From IMG/VR virus record IMGVR_UViG_3300046333_000090: a DNA stretch of 64,000 nt; one strand, given 5' to 3'. The notes under the pieces are model-generated. The model worked only from the letters and a program-made list of their open reading frames with translations, ran no database searches and was not told where the DNA came from. This document shows positions 51,124 through 61,249 of the stretch, piece by piece. Position numbers and translations under genes: made by a program. Within the stretch, counting starts at the first letter, position 1. Each line of letters starts with the position of its first letter. The stretch comes from a virus.

Positions 51124-53535
51124 TCATTCTTTGTCAAGTACTATTTCTGAATCAATATCTATGCACTCTTGCTTCTGCTCTAATATGTTCTGTTCTTTTA
51201 ATAAATTGTATAATTCTCCTAATTGTATGTCTCTCTCAACCCCCTCTAGATCGATGATACGAACAATACTACAAGATGAAAGCGACTCAAACTCCTGCTC
51301 GAATTGTTTAGCACTCGTATTCGCGATGGTCATTCGTTTAAATTCCGCATCTCTTCCTGGAATCATATCCCATGTAATCTCTACTGGCACATACTCATTC
51401 TTACCATTCTTTGCATCAACAAAAATACGATAAAATAAGTTTAGCCCACGGGGGGTTTGTTCACCAACAAATCCATTATAGATAACGGAATGACACCAAG
51501 GATCGTTAGGAACATTATCTAGAGAAAAATCATATAACTGTTCGATGTGGTCGTCATTAATCCGACGAATTTTAGTCCACAACAAATCCGGTCTAACATT
51601 CAATTCAACAAATTCGCTAACACTACTATTAATTACAGATTGAATGATTGGTAATTTTTTAAGAGCATTTTGTCGATTCATGTGTACATATTTGTGTTGT
51701 CCCTCCCCATTAAAAGCAAAATATTGTTTAATATATTTCTTTTGTGTTTCTAATGGGAGATGTTGTTTAATGAATGGAATAAAAAATGGAATAGAATCAC
51801 TCTGTTTACGAAATTTTCTGATATTAGTCTGATAGCAATTCCATTGTTGTTTGTGAGGATGTTTAAAATTAATTATTTCAAAAAATTCTGGGGTGTAGCA
51901 ATTTGGTATCTTCAGCAAAGTGCGACGAGAGTATCTCATTTTTCTTCTCATATGCCAATAATATCTTCGTTGTTCATATAACCCCTTTTTGATAGAATTA
52001 ACCACACCAATATTCAATAATAATAGGTGTATTTGTTCCAATAGGTCTTCATTAGTATTAGTGATGTATATATCACCATAATTGTTATTTTTTTTACGAT
52101 GATTCACTAGTGCCATACTATCGAAGCATCCTTGGAGAAAGGTAACAGTATTAATTTTAGACCACCGAAGGGGAATATCAGTTAGACCATTTCCAAAAGT
52201 AGTATACTTATCAGGAGAAGTGTACTTCAATTTTTTTAATACACTGGCTAGTTCAATTGAATCTATAATGTAATTAACCCCATCAAACTCATAATCCAGT
52301 CCAATATTTTTTATGGCATCATCATAACAATCCTCATCCAAATATCCACTATCCGTAATACGAAGAGTCAGAGTAATAAATCTGCCATCAGTTATATAAC
52401 CACTACCAGCATATATACCAAAAAAATAAGCAAATTCTGGAGTAACTATTGGGAATTTTTCAGAATCTAATGTATCCAAATTACCAAATATTTGAGTATT
52501 ATATCTGACTGCAATAAAATCATTAGGTTCCAACTCAGATGCCCTAAACCAACCATATTTGCCTTGCTTACAGGCATAAAGTTTATGAGTAGTCGAACAC
52601 TCCAATTCAGTAAAATTAGTATATATTTTTCTAACGTTTGATTTACCGTTATTACACATAACAGTACCTTTATTATTTCCCTTCATACCCACTAATTCAT
52701 ATGGTGGGATATGATATGATTTTTTCTCTAATTGATCTTTAATAAAAGTTTCGATGCGAGTATAACCTTTAGTGGTGAGAATATATGTATTTTTCACTAC
52801 ACAAGAAGTGATAATTAATTTAGATTCTTTAGATGACGAAATAGTAGGATATACCGAGGTCATAAACTCTTCTTGGATACCATTAGGGACGAATGCGAAT
52901 TCGTCGCAAAATACGATATTGAAGGTAGACCCGCGAACAGAGGTGGCACTGGTGGATGAGGCTAATATTTGAGAACCATTTTCAAGTTCGATATGTGTTT
53001 TATTCCATTGTATTACTCCTTGTTGTAACCACATTGGCAAATTTTCATATGCCATTTGTAGTCTACCTAATAGTTCCATAGATAGATCTCTTTTGTTTGC
53101 TAATATTGCAATATTTTGATGAGGTTTAAATAGTGCGACCCAGAGGGCATAGCAAATCATCGTAGTCGAGTTATGTGAAACTATATTATTGGTGATGTAG
53201 AGGTCATCTTCTACATTCAATAAATCATACATATTTTCAATATTATCTGATTCATTAATAGCAAGAATTATATCAGGATACAAATATCCACCATCATCCA
53301 TTACCAATATCTCGTCCCCAACTATTAAATCTACTAGTTTAGTTTCTTCATACTCATCTTTATCATTCAATCTAATTAGAATATGATCGTCAGCACAAGA
53401 TAGATGATATTGGGTGGTGTATACGTTCCAAACATTATATTTAATAGTTTGCCCTACTCCAGCAAAATCTTTATATCCAGTAGGCGTTAGTACTTGCCAA
53501 TCATTAGTATATTTTTCTTGTACAAACTCAGCCAT
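51124..53535 (-). CDS. terL: large terminase gp17 piece 2: IntC (122 aa), ATPase extein, cis intein (449 aa), extein, IntN (53 aa)
   Basis: ...NNIVSHN|STTMICY...AILANK...VFCDEFAFV (Walker B)...IITS|CVVKNT...GFVGEQ|TPRGLNLFY...FEQEFE|SLSSCSIVRI. Confidence 0.93.
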   Translation of the reverse strand: MAEFVQEKYTNDWQVLTPTGYKDFAGVGQTIKYNVWNVYTTQYHLSCADDHILIRLNDKDEYEETKLVDLIVGDEILVMDDGGYLYPDIILAINESDNIENMYDLLNVEDDLYITNNIVSHNSTTMICYALWVALFKPHQNIAILANKRDLSMELLGRLQMAYENLPMWLQQGVIQWNKTHIELENGSQILASSTSATSVRGSTFNIVFCDEFAFVPNGIQEEFMTSVYPTISSSKESKLIITSCVVKNTYILTTKGYTRIETFIKDQLEKKSYHIPPYELVGMKGNNKGTVMCNNGKSNVRKIYTNFTELECSTTHKLYACKQGKYGWFRASELEPNDFIAVRYNTQIFGNLDTLDSEKFPIVTPEFAYFFGIYAGSGYITDGRFITLTLRITDSGYLDEDCYDDAIKNIGLDYEFDGVNYIIDSIELASVLKKLKYTSPDKYTTFGNGLTDIPLRWSKINTVTFLQGCFDSMALVNHRKKNNNYGDIYITNTNEDLLEQIHLLLLNIGVVNSIKKGLYEQRRYYWHMRRKMRYSRRTLLKIPNCYTPEFFEIINFKHPHKQQWNCYQTNIRKFRKQSDSIPFFIPFIKQHLPLETQKKYIKQYFAFNGEGQHKYVHMNRQNALKKLPIIQSVINSSVSEFVELNVRPDLLWTKIRRINDDHIEQLYDFSLDNVPNDPWCHSVIYNGFVGEQTPRGLNLFYRIFVDAKNGKNEYVPVEITWDMIPGRDAEFKRMTIANTSAKQFEQEFESLSSCSIVRIIDLEGVERDIQLGELYNLLKEQNILEQKQECIDIDSEIVLDKE
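51457..52803 (-). other. cis intein with LAGLIDADG-type endonuclease, ending in Gln
   Basis: Starts CVVKNT, block B CSTTHKL, LAGLIDADG-like helices FAYFFGIYAGSG and FLQGCFDS, ends GEQ before Thr, splitting the coupling motif S|TP. Confidence 0.88.
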
Positions 53536-53700
53536 TTTATTAAATTTAATAATTCTATACTGATATTTATTGGTGTGTTTTTAATTATTAAATTTAATAA
53601 TGACCTCCTAAAATCAATTAGGAGGTCATTATTTTATGATTTGATACTAGTAGTCATATTTGTGATTTTTATGCTCTGAGAGGGGCATCCTAGACCCCTC

Positions 53701-54399
53701 TCAGAGCATAATAGGTTTATCCCAAGTAGCTTGATTTTCTAGATGCGTTTCAATAAGTTGTTCTAGTTTTGATTGATGTTCTGCTGTGAATACAATATTA
53801 GGATCTGGCAACCAATTAGGTACTTCTTGTAAGTATCTTTCGGGAGTGACTAATCCAGATTTTACTCCAAACTGATAATGCAAGTTTTGTAAGTAATTGA
53901 GATCTTTATAACAAAAATTTATATGTTTACCATTTACTCTTGGCATAGCAATTTGTGTTATATAGCTACCATTATTATATGTTGCACCAATAGGGAGTCC
54001 AGATGACTTCTTTTGTATTAATATGTTAAACCATTGAGTAACTACTTCTAAATTAGAACGTTTATTATTACTAGGATCGCCATCTATATGATTAATTACC
54101 CAATTAGCATTAGTTTTATATCCATATACTAACTCATGAATTCTTACAGTTTGTCCATCTTTTTTTGTACTAAATCTACCTCCACTATTATGATACCAAT
54201 TATATAGTTTTAACAATTCTACTTTATCAAGATCTATTGTGTTAGTATATATTTTACCAGATTTAGTATTCAGTACATGTAACGTTTCATCTACAAATAG
54301 TTGATTGTAAGTAAGTTTACCTGCATATAGTTTATTGAGATTATGGTGAGGTTGATCGAATTGATAGAAATTGAGTATTTTGTCGCAGAAATGTATCAT
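53701..54399 (-). CDS. HNH endonuclease (family copy 6)
   Basis: VINHIDGDPSNNKRSNL; lies between terL pieces 2 and 3. Confidence 0.88.
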   Translation of the reverse strand: MIHFCDKILNFYQFDQPHHNLNKLYAGKLTYNQLFVDETLHVLNTKSGKIYTNTIDLDKVELLKLYNWYHNSGGRFSTKKDGQTVRIHELVYGYKTNANWVINHIDGDPSNNKRSNLEVVTQWFNILIQKKSSGLPIGATYNNGSYITQIAMPRVNGKHINFCYKDLNYLQNLHYQFGVKSGLVTPERYLQEVPNWLPDPNIVFTAEHQSKLEQLIETHLENQATWDKPIML

Positions 54400-54401
54400 T
54401 T

Positions 54402-54773
54402 TTAATAATAATATATAGAATATATCTCAATCTGACGCATCCGATTTAGAAAATAGGTTTTTTCATTTTCAGTTTCAACTATCGCAACCGACGCATAAAA
54501 TTCAACACAATTCCCTAAGTCAATTCTTTCAACTTCTATATATTCTTTTAGTCCCGAACCAATTTTAAATATTTGATCTTTTAATATTATACCAGATTCA
54601 CCATTAACACTGATATTAATAATTTTGATATATTTTTCGTTTAAATCTTCAACAATTCCAGAGTATCTTTGAGATCTATTTTTGTACTTAACTAAGTTGC
54701 CATTAATAATGTTCAATATATTTTTTCTCGATGTGTATTCTAATAATATAACATTATTGGTGAGATATGTCAA
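54402..54773 (-). CDS. hypothetical protein
   Basis: 123-aa ORF; start uncertain. Confidence 0.45.
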   Translation of the reverse strand: MTYLTNNVILLEYTSRKNILNIINGNLVKYKNRSQRYSGIVEDLNEKYIKIINISVNGESGIILKDQIFKIGSGLKEYIEVERIDLGNCVEFYASVAIVETENEKTYFLNRMRQIEIYSIYYY

Positions 54774-54810
54774 GTATATCTAAATATCAATATAAAAATT
54801 CAGTTTTTAC

Positions 54811-56034
54811 ATGTTAAAATTACTTCCGTCATTACAGCAAAATATAGGAAATTTGGTAGAAACACCAGATGGTTTCGAGAAATTTATGGGAGTGCAGAAA
54901 ATTTATAGAAATAAATATATAGAATTAGAATTCTTAGACGACAATAAATTAGTTTGCTCACTTAATCATCCGATAAACACCACAGAAGGTATAATATTAG
55001 CTAAAGATCTCACTAAAACTATAGAAATAATTGGAAAAGTAAATAATACTTTTCTTAAAACAAAAAAAACTATAAGAAAAAAAATAGAATTATATGATAT
55101 TGTTAATTCTGGCAAGAATCATTGGTATTATGCGAACGATATATTAAATAAAAACTGTAGCTTCATAGGTTCATCGCTCACCCTTCTTAATGCCAATAAA
55201 TTAGCAGCATTAACCCATAAAGAACCAATAGAAAGAAATGACAATATAGTTGTCTACGCAAAACCAAATCCTACGCATAGATATATGATTTGTGCAGACA
55301 CCGCAGAAGGTGTTGAAAAGGATTATTCAGTAGCAATGGTGTTTGACATCACTACTGTACCATACACCATAACAGCTATTTATAAAAACAATAATATTGC
55401 ACCAATAGTATTCCCCAACATAATATTGAAATTGGCGAATGAATATAATAAAGCTTACGTTCTTGTAGAGTTAAACAGCATTGGATCACAAGTAGGAGAT
55501 ATTCTACATTACGATCTAGAATATAGCAACCTACTTATGACAGCCACCGTGGGACGAAACGGGTTAATTCTAGGTCAAGGATTCGGTAATAAGTGCAAAT
55601 TTGGATTACAAATTACTAAAACTACAAAACGACTAGGTTATAGTAACATGAAATCTTTGATTGAAGATGATAAATTACTAATAGAAGATTTTGGTATTAT
55701 TAGTGAATTATCAACATATGTAGAAAAAGGGGATTCTTATGCAGCAGATGATGGTAGTAATGATGATCTAGTAGCTTGTATCGTATTATTTTCTTGGTGT
55801 GTTACCCAGCCGTATTTCAAAGAACTTACAGATTTAGACGTAGCAAAAGATATTCGGGAATTACACAGACAAGAAATAGAAGACGACATGGCGGTATTAG
55901 GTGCTTTATTGATAAATGGAGAAGAATTAGAAGATGGTATTGTGGAAGAAGGTGGAGATCTGTGGTGGAATGCTAAGTTAACTGACAGTTATTATGAGTA
56001 CGGGTACGAGGTGCCAGTTATTTATTACTTTTAA
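54811..56034 (+). CDS. terL: large terminase gp17 piece 3: IntC (115 aa) plus the C-terminal nuclease domain
   Basis: ETPDGFEKF.G...CSLNHP...LYDIVN...YYANDILNKN|CSFIGSSLTLL...ICADTAEG..KDYS...VELNSIG...NDDLV. Confidence 0.93.
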   Translation: MLKLLPSLQQNIGNLVETPDGFEKFMGVQKIYRNKYIELEFLDDNKLVCSLNHPINTTEGIILAKDLTKTIEIIGKVNNTFLKTKKTIRKKIELYDIVNSGKNHWYYANDILNKNCSFIGSSLTLLNANKLAALTHKEPIERNDNIVVYAKPNPTHRYMICADTAEGVEKDYSVAMVFDITTVPYTITAIYKNNNIAPIVFPNIILKLANEYNKAYVLVELNSIGSQVGDILHYDLEYSNLLMTATVGRNGLILGQGFGNKCKFGLQITKTTKRLGYSNMKSLIEDDKLLIEDFGIISELSTYVEKGDSYAADDGSNDDLVACIVLFSWCVTQPYFKELTDLDVAKDIRELHRQEIEDDMAVLGALLINGEELEDGIVEEGGDLWWNAKLTDSYYEYGYEVPVIYYF

Positions 56035-56086
56035 TTGCTTACTATAATTATAGTTTTCGTGCGTTGTAGGGCATTTTAGCCATCTC

Positions 56087-56491
56087 TCAGAGTATAATTG
56101 GCTGCTCCCAAGTAGATTGATTCTCTAGATGTGCTTCAATTAATTGATCTAATTTTGTTTGATGTTTTGGTGAGCATTGTATGGTAGAATCGGGTAGCCA
56201 ATTAGGAACTTCTCTGAGGTATCTTTCTGGAGTAACTAATCCTGACTTTACTGCAAAATGATAATGTATGTTTTGTAAGTAATTTATATATTTAGAACCA
56301 AAAGTCATAGCTTTACTATTTTTTCTTGGCATAGCAATATTTGTTAGATAACTACCGCCACTAACAATTATTTATAGATCGTCTATAAATAATTGATTAT
56401 ATGTTAATTTTAATTTTTATTTTCCATTATCTACATTATGATTAGGCAGATTGAACTGATAGAGATTTAATGTTTTGCAGAAGTGGATCAT
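56087..56491 (-). pseudogene. internally deleted HNH family copy (copy 7)
   Basis: MIHFCKTLNLYQF start near 56491 and paralog C-terminus 56087-56332; HNH core missing. Confidence 0.8.
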
Positions 56492-56530
56492 TTTTACCAA
56501 TATAAAGTATATAATAATTATAACACATAA

Positions 56531-56830
56531 ATGCAAAAAAAACAGGTTTATATTATCTTTAATGAATTATTAAATTTAATAAAAATAGGAGTCACCAACA
56601 ACATTCCTCGCAGACTAAGGCAACTTGAGTGCAGTTCTGGATGCAAACTAGAACTATACTATCATACTGAACCGATATATAACGCAACCAAAATAGAAAA
56701 GTCACTGCATCAGTATTTTAATTTAAAACGAAAAGAAGGCGAGTACTTTTTTATAAGCGCAGAAGAAGCAAAAGAAAAATTGTTATTTATGATATCTAAC
56801 TTGACTAAAGTATATACAGACAATTTATAA
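56531..56830 (+). CDS. GIY-YIG / T5orf172-like protein
   Basis: VYII......IKIGVT.NIPRRLRQL...IEKSLHQYF...EGEYF. Confidence 0.8.
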   Translation: MQKKQVYIIFNELLNLIKIGVTNNIPRRLRQLECSSGCKLELYYHTEPIYNATKIEKSLHQYFNLKRKEGEYFFISAEEAKEKLLFMISNLTKVYTDNL

Positions 56831-56865
56831 ATATAAATAATAGTAATAACAATAAGTATAATAAA

Positions 56866-58842
56866 ATGCCTATAAATTTATCCTCGCCTGGTGTGTCGAT
56901 TCAAGAAATAGATAAGTCCGCAACAATCAATACAGAAAATAGCAAAATTGCAATTATTGCATTACCCGCATCTAAAGGCGTAACTAATAAAGTAACATAC
57001 ATTTCTAATGAAGCAGAATTAGTAGAGCAATTTGGTAAACCAGATGATAATAATTACATTGAATGGTTTAGCGCATTAGAAGTAATGCGTTATGGAGTAC
57101 TAGCAGGGGTAATTCGCCCAAATGATAGTACCACTGCACTAAAAACAGCAAACGTAACTAGCAATGGATTTGATAGTACATTATCTGTATCAGGAATGTC
57201 AGAATACGAATTAAACACCAATAACTATATTTTTTCTGCACAAAGTCAATCTGATTTATACAATGGGGTGACAGTAGCGGTAATCGATCATGGAGCAGAT
57301 CAAATTCTGACAATAAATGTTGGTACAAATCCAGTACCAACAATTGCAGTTGGGGATATTGTAAAAACGATAACTAGTTTTGGATGGGTGTATTCTATTA
57401 ATACAAATGGATATACAGTTACAATAAATGACCCCACCAAAAAATTTAATTTGGGGGAAACTATTTATCTAGTAGATGGTATTACACCTATTGGGGTAAT
57501 CACTGGCATTACTGATTTTTATAATACACAAAATATATTACCAGGACTTCCTTGGTCAACTATTGCACCACAACCAGGAACTAGTCAAAAAGCTAAAGAT
57601 TTGAATAGCAAATTTGATGAATTTCATGCAGTAATTATTGATACTACTGGTAAAATTAGTGGTAATATTAATGCAATTTTAGAATCATACACATACCTAT
57701 CCAAAGCATCAGATGGAACTAGTGCGGAAGGAGTAGACACTTATTGGAAACGAGCAATTTTAAATCGTTCAAAATATATTTTCCCTGGTTCACAAAAATT
57801 TAATATTGGTACTACATTAACTCCAGTAATCCCAGCAAATGCTACATATATTGGAGCAGATATTGGAGATCAAATTGCCGGAAAAATATTTAGACTATTT
57901 CGGAATAGTTCGAGTGGAGCAACATTAAAATTACATTTACAAGGTGGTACATCTTACAATTGGCTATTACCTACAGTTGTCGAAAGCAGTATTAGTTCTG
58001 CCTATGATATTGTAGAAGATTCCGAAGTATTTGGTGATATCGATTTTTTAATCCCTGGTAAAATTACTACACAGAGAATATTAAAATTACTCAGTATTTG
58101 CGAACGTCGTAGAGACTGTAGAATGGCGGTCGCGCCTGCACAAGCAGATGTTTTAAATAGTTTCAGTAGTAACAATAAAGTTAACAGAATTATTAATTTC
58201 TTTGATACACTACCTAGTAGTTCATTCATGATTTTCTGTGATAATTATAAATACATTTATGACAAGTACAATAATACTTTTAGATATATTCCATGCTCTG
58301 CTGATGTGGCTGGATTAACTTTATCTACATTAAATTCTTGGCAATCTCCCGCAGGAGTTACACATGGGGTAATAAAAAATGCAATTAAACTAGCATATAG
58401 TCCAAAACGTTCTGAAAGAGATCAACTATATAGTCATAGAGTAAATTCGATCATTAGCTACCCAGGTAGAGGGGTAATTCTAAATGGTGACAAAACTGCA
58501 TTATCTTCACCATCGGCATTCGATCGAATTGGTGTAAGAGGATTGATGATTGAATTACAACGAGTAATTTCTCAATTTGCAGAAAATCAATTATTTGAAA
58601 TCAATGACGATAACAGCAGAAAGAATTTTCTAGATAACGTAACACCTTATCTACAGAATATTCAAGCAAATCGCGGAATTTACGAATACCAAGTGATTGC
58701 CGACACTACTAATAATAGTGTTCAAGATATTGATGCCAATAAGTTTACTGCGGATATCTACATCAAACCTGCACGTAGTATAAACTTTATCGTATTGAAT
58801 TTTATTGTTACTGCTACTGGTGCAAGTTTCACAGAAACTTAA
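56866..58842 (+). CDS. gp18: tail sheath protein gp18
   Basis: LSSPGVSIQEID...FGKP...SPAG...GDKTAL...SAFDRI.VRGL...LFEIND...IYIKPARSINFI. Confidence 0.95.
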   Translation: MPINLSSPGVSIQEIDKSATINTENSKIAIIALPASKGVTNKVTYISNEAELVEQFGKPDDNNYIEWFSALEVMRYGVLAGVIRPNDSTTALKTANVTSNGFDSTLSVSGMSEYELNTNNYIFSAQSQSDLYNGVTVAVIDHGADQILTINVGTNPVPTIAVGDIVKTITSFGWVYSINTNGYTVTINDPTKKFNLGETIYLVDGITPIGVITGITDFYNTQNILPGLPWSTIAPQPGTSQKAKDLNSKFDEFHAVIIDTTGKISGNINAILESYTYLSKASDGTSAEGVDTYWKRAILNRSKYIFPGSQKFNIGTTLTPVIPANATYIGADIGDQIAGKIFRLFRNSSSGATLKLHLQGGTSYNWLLPTVVESSISSAYDIVEDSEVFGDIDFLIPGKITTQRILKLLSICERRRDCRMAVAPAQADVLNSFSSNNKVNRIINFFDTLPSSSFMIFCDNYKYIYDKYNNTFRYIPCSADVAGLTLSTLNSWQSPAGVTHGVIKNAIKLAYSPKRSERDQLYSHRVNSIISYPGRGVILNGDKTALSSPSAFDRIGVRGLMIELQRVISQFAENQLFEINDDNSRKNFLDNVTPYLQNIQANRGIYEYQVIADTTNNSVQDIDANKFTADIYIKPARSINFIVLNFIVTATGASFTET

Positions 58843-58968
58843 TTTAAATTATTAAATTTAATAAAATGCCCTCAACTATGAGGGCATTTTATTGTATTAG
58901 ATGCTAGTAGTCATTATTCTAGTTATCATGCGTTGAGGGGCATTCTACACCCCTCTCAGCGCATAATA

Positions 58969-59172
58969 TTAGATATCAGGAAAATTTAAGTGTGCAAATT
59001 GTTTATGATGTATTTTCGCAGCATCATCATAAGCTTTAGCTGCTTCAATTTCAGTTTTAAACCTTCCTAATCGGTACTTGGTCTTATTTGCAATTATTGT
59101 TGCCATCCAGGTATTATTACGAGAATCTAAATAGTATCGAATAATATAGACATTTAAGTCTTTACTACTCAT
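58969..59172 (-). pseudogene. AP2-domain relic of an endonuclease gene disrupted by IS607
   Basis: WMATI......RLGRFKTEIEAAKAYDDAAK....FAHLNFP; an HTH N-terminal relic (MSNPNST...KDLGIS) lies on the other side at 61130-60972. Confidence 0.7.
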
Positions 59173-60389
59173 TTGTAAGTTTTTATCCTTACTGGGTGTA
59201 CTACTAAACCCTCTATCCCATTGCTGAACACGTTTGGGATTGCTTTTCTCATGATATTATAACTACCATTTATGTCTGCATTAAATTTCAGACCACTCTT
59301 GGCTTTGTATATCCCTCGTTGCAGTCTTCTACCGCTGAACTGGCGTTTTACACCTGCACTGTAAGTAGGAATTGAATCTGCATCTAAGAAACTTGCTTTA
59401 CTTGTATAACTCTCTTCTTGTTCGATAAATTTTATACCTACCAATTCACATTTGTAATGCAGTTTGGCTATCAAATCATTAAATGGTACTTGAACGAAGT
59501 TCTGGTTATTTTTACTCCCTATATTGATGTTTTGTTTCCATCCATTGTTTTTACCTACTACCAATGTGCCCACATCATTTTCTATCAATGTCCTTACAAT
59601 AGTTGTACTAGCTTTATGTAAATAATCACTAATTTTGTTTCCTCTCTTATTGTAAAGCCTTCTGATCCTCTTACTACTACCACCTTTCAAGATTGATTGT
59701 AGCTGCGCTAATCTCTTGTTGAAAAATTGGTTAATTGATTTTAGAGGATTCCCACTTAACAGCATTGGCTTAGTTCCAATTTTATTAAATGTAAGTGCAA
59801 CCAAATTACTCAGTCCTAAATCTATAGCTGCTACGTTTGCTTGGTCTAATCTCAAATCAACAATTGATTTTTCGTAAACTATTTCTACTACATAATGCTC
59901 CAATTTTGGCACAATTCTAACTTGATCGATTTTCTCATATGGGATATCTGTTTGAACAAATATATTGGTACCAGATGGATTAAGTAGTCCATCCTTGGTT
60001 AAGCTGCGCTTAGAAATAGCTTGATTAGAGTAAGAAGTTACATTTCTACCAGATTCAATTTTATGATATTTTGGAATTTTTGGACACGCATTAAATTTAG
60101 ATGGATTGCTTGTAAAAGATTTGATAGCCTGAAAGTAAGATTTCCAATTTTTATCAAGACCCATCAGGACATGTTGGGACACTTTCGCCGGAAGCGAAGT
60201 ATAATCAATAGTACCCTGAACAAGCTTTAATATCTTGTAATAATTAAGATAACCAGTACCAGCAAATATAGATTGTCTAATTATATAATTTGCATAGTTA
60301 TATAAATTCTTAGATAAGAAACAAATAGAATCTAACTCATAATAAAATGGATGATTAGAGTAGAACTTATGTTGTTGAGTTAGTTTCAT
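59169..60389 (-). CDS. tnpB: IS607-associated TnpB
   Basis: SKNLYNYANY..RQ; AAIDLG; VVGKNNGWKQ; QEESYTSKAS; NADINGSYNI. Confidence 0.93.
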   Translation of the reverse strand: MKLTQQHKFYSNHPFYYELDSICFLSKNLYNYANYIIRQSIFAGTGYLNYYKILKLVQGTIDYTSLPAKVSQHVLMGLDKNWKSYFQAIKSFTSNPSKFNACPKIPKYHKIESGRNVTSYSNQAISKRSLTKDGLLNPSGTNIFVQTDIPYEKIDQVRIVPKLEHYVVEIVYEKSIVDLRLDQANVAAIDLGLSNLVALTFNKIGTKPMLLSGNPLKSINQFFNKRLAQLQSILKGGSSKRIRRLYNKRGNKISDYLHKASTTIVRTLIENDVGTLVVGKNNGWKQNINIGSKNNQNFVQVPFNDLIAKLHYKCELVGIKFIEQEESYTSKASFLDADSIPTYSAGVKRQFSGRRLQRGIYKAKSGLKFNADINGSYNIMRKAIPNVFSNGIEGLVVHPVRIKTYK

Positions 60390-60945
60390 CAGAATTAATA
60401 ATATTTACAATTTGACAAGATTTTCTAGTTCTTCTACGAATAGAATATAGTCTAGCACAGAAAGAAGTAATAATGCTAACAAAATCTTGCATAAGATCAT
60501 CAGTACGTTCGGTACAAATATTAACCACATCAATAGATTTGCCTTGTTTAGATAGTAGAACATCTAGATAATTAAACCCAACTCTAGTAAGGCGATCTTT
60601 ATGTTCTACAACTATGATATCATAGTTATCAGAATTAAGCAAGTCAATAAATTTACGTCTATGGTCATTAACGCCAGAACCAACTTCTTTAATAATTTTA
60701 ACAATAGAATAACCTTTTGATAAACAATAGGATTCTAAGCGTTCCACTTGAGTGTCCAGATTAGATTTATTTTGAGAAGAAGAGACTCTGGTATATATAA
60801 CTGCATTTTTAGTAGGAGTGGTAGGTGGATGAACAATAATAGTACCAGTAGGGAGTTGGGTGGCGGATAGAGTGCCAGATTTCCACATACGCCAAGCAGT
60901 TTTGTAGGAAATACCAAGAGAAGAGGCGTAAGTAGATAACTTCAT
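60367..60945 (-). CDS. tnpA: IS607 serine transposase TnpA
   Basis: N-terminal HTH (GISYKTAWRMW), YTRVSS catalytic motif, EVGSG, EHKDRLTR. Confidence 0.95.
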   Translation of the reverse strand: MKLSTYASSLGISYKTAWRMWKSGTLSATQLPTGTIIVHPPTTPTKNAVIYTRVSSSQNKSNLDTQVERLESYCLSKGYSIVKIIKEVGSGVNDHRRKFIDLLNSDNYDIIVVEHKDRLTRVGFNYLDVLLSKQGKSIDVVNICTERTDDLMQDFVSIITSFCARLYSIRRRTRKSCQIVNIINSDETNSTT

Positions 60946-61249
60946 ATGTGACTATATATAACCATGTTTGTCTATATATTTAGCAAAGTTAACCAATACA
61001 TTAGTCTACTGACTGAAGTATTACTAATTCCCAAATCTTTAGCAGTCAAAGATTGATCGTAATTATTATCATTTAATGATTTGATAAATTCTTCTTTAGT
61101 TATATTTGCTGTAGAATTTGGATTTGACATGATGATTTATTTAACTTTTTACATATTTTAATTATATCACATTTAAACTATTGAGTCAAGCATACTACGA
61201 AATTACTAAATATTAATATAACAAAATATAATAATTTTTTAAAAAACAT

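Larger units (their letters stand above)
59130..60995 (-). mobile_element. IS607-family element (tnpA plus tnpB); ends approximate
   Basis: Overlapping serine-recombinase and TnpB ORFs. Confidence 0.88.
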
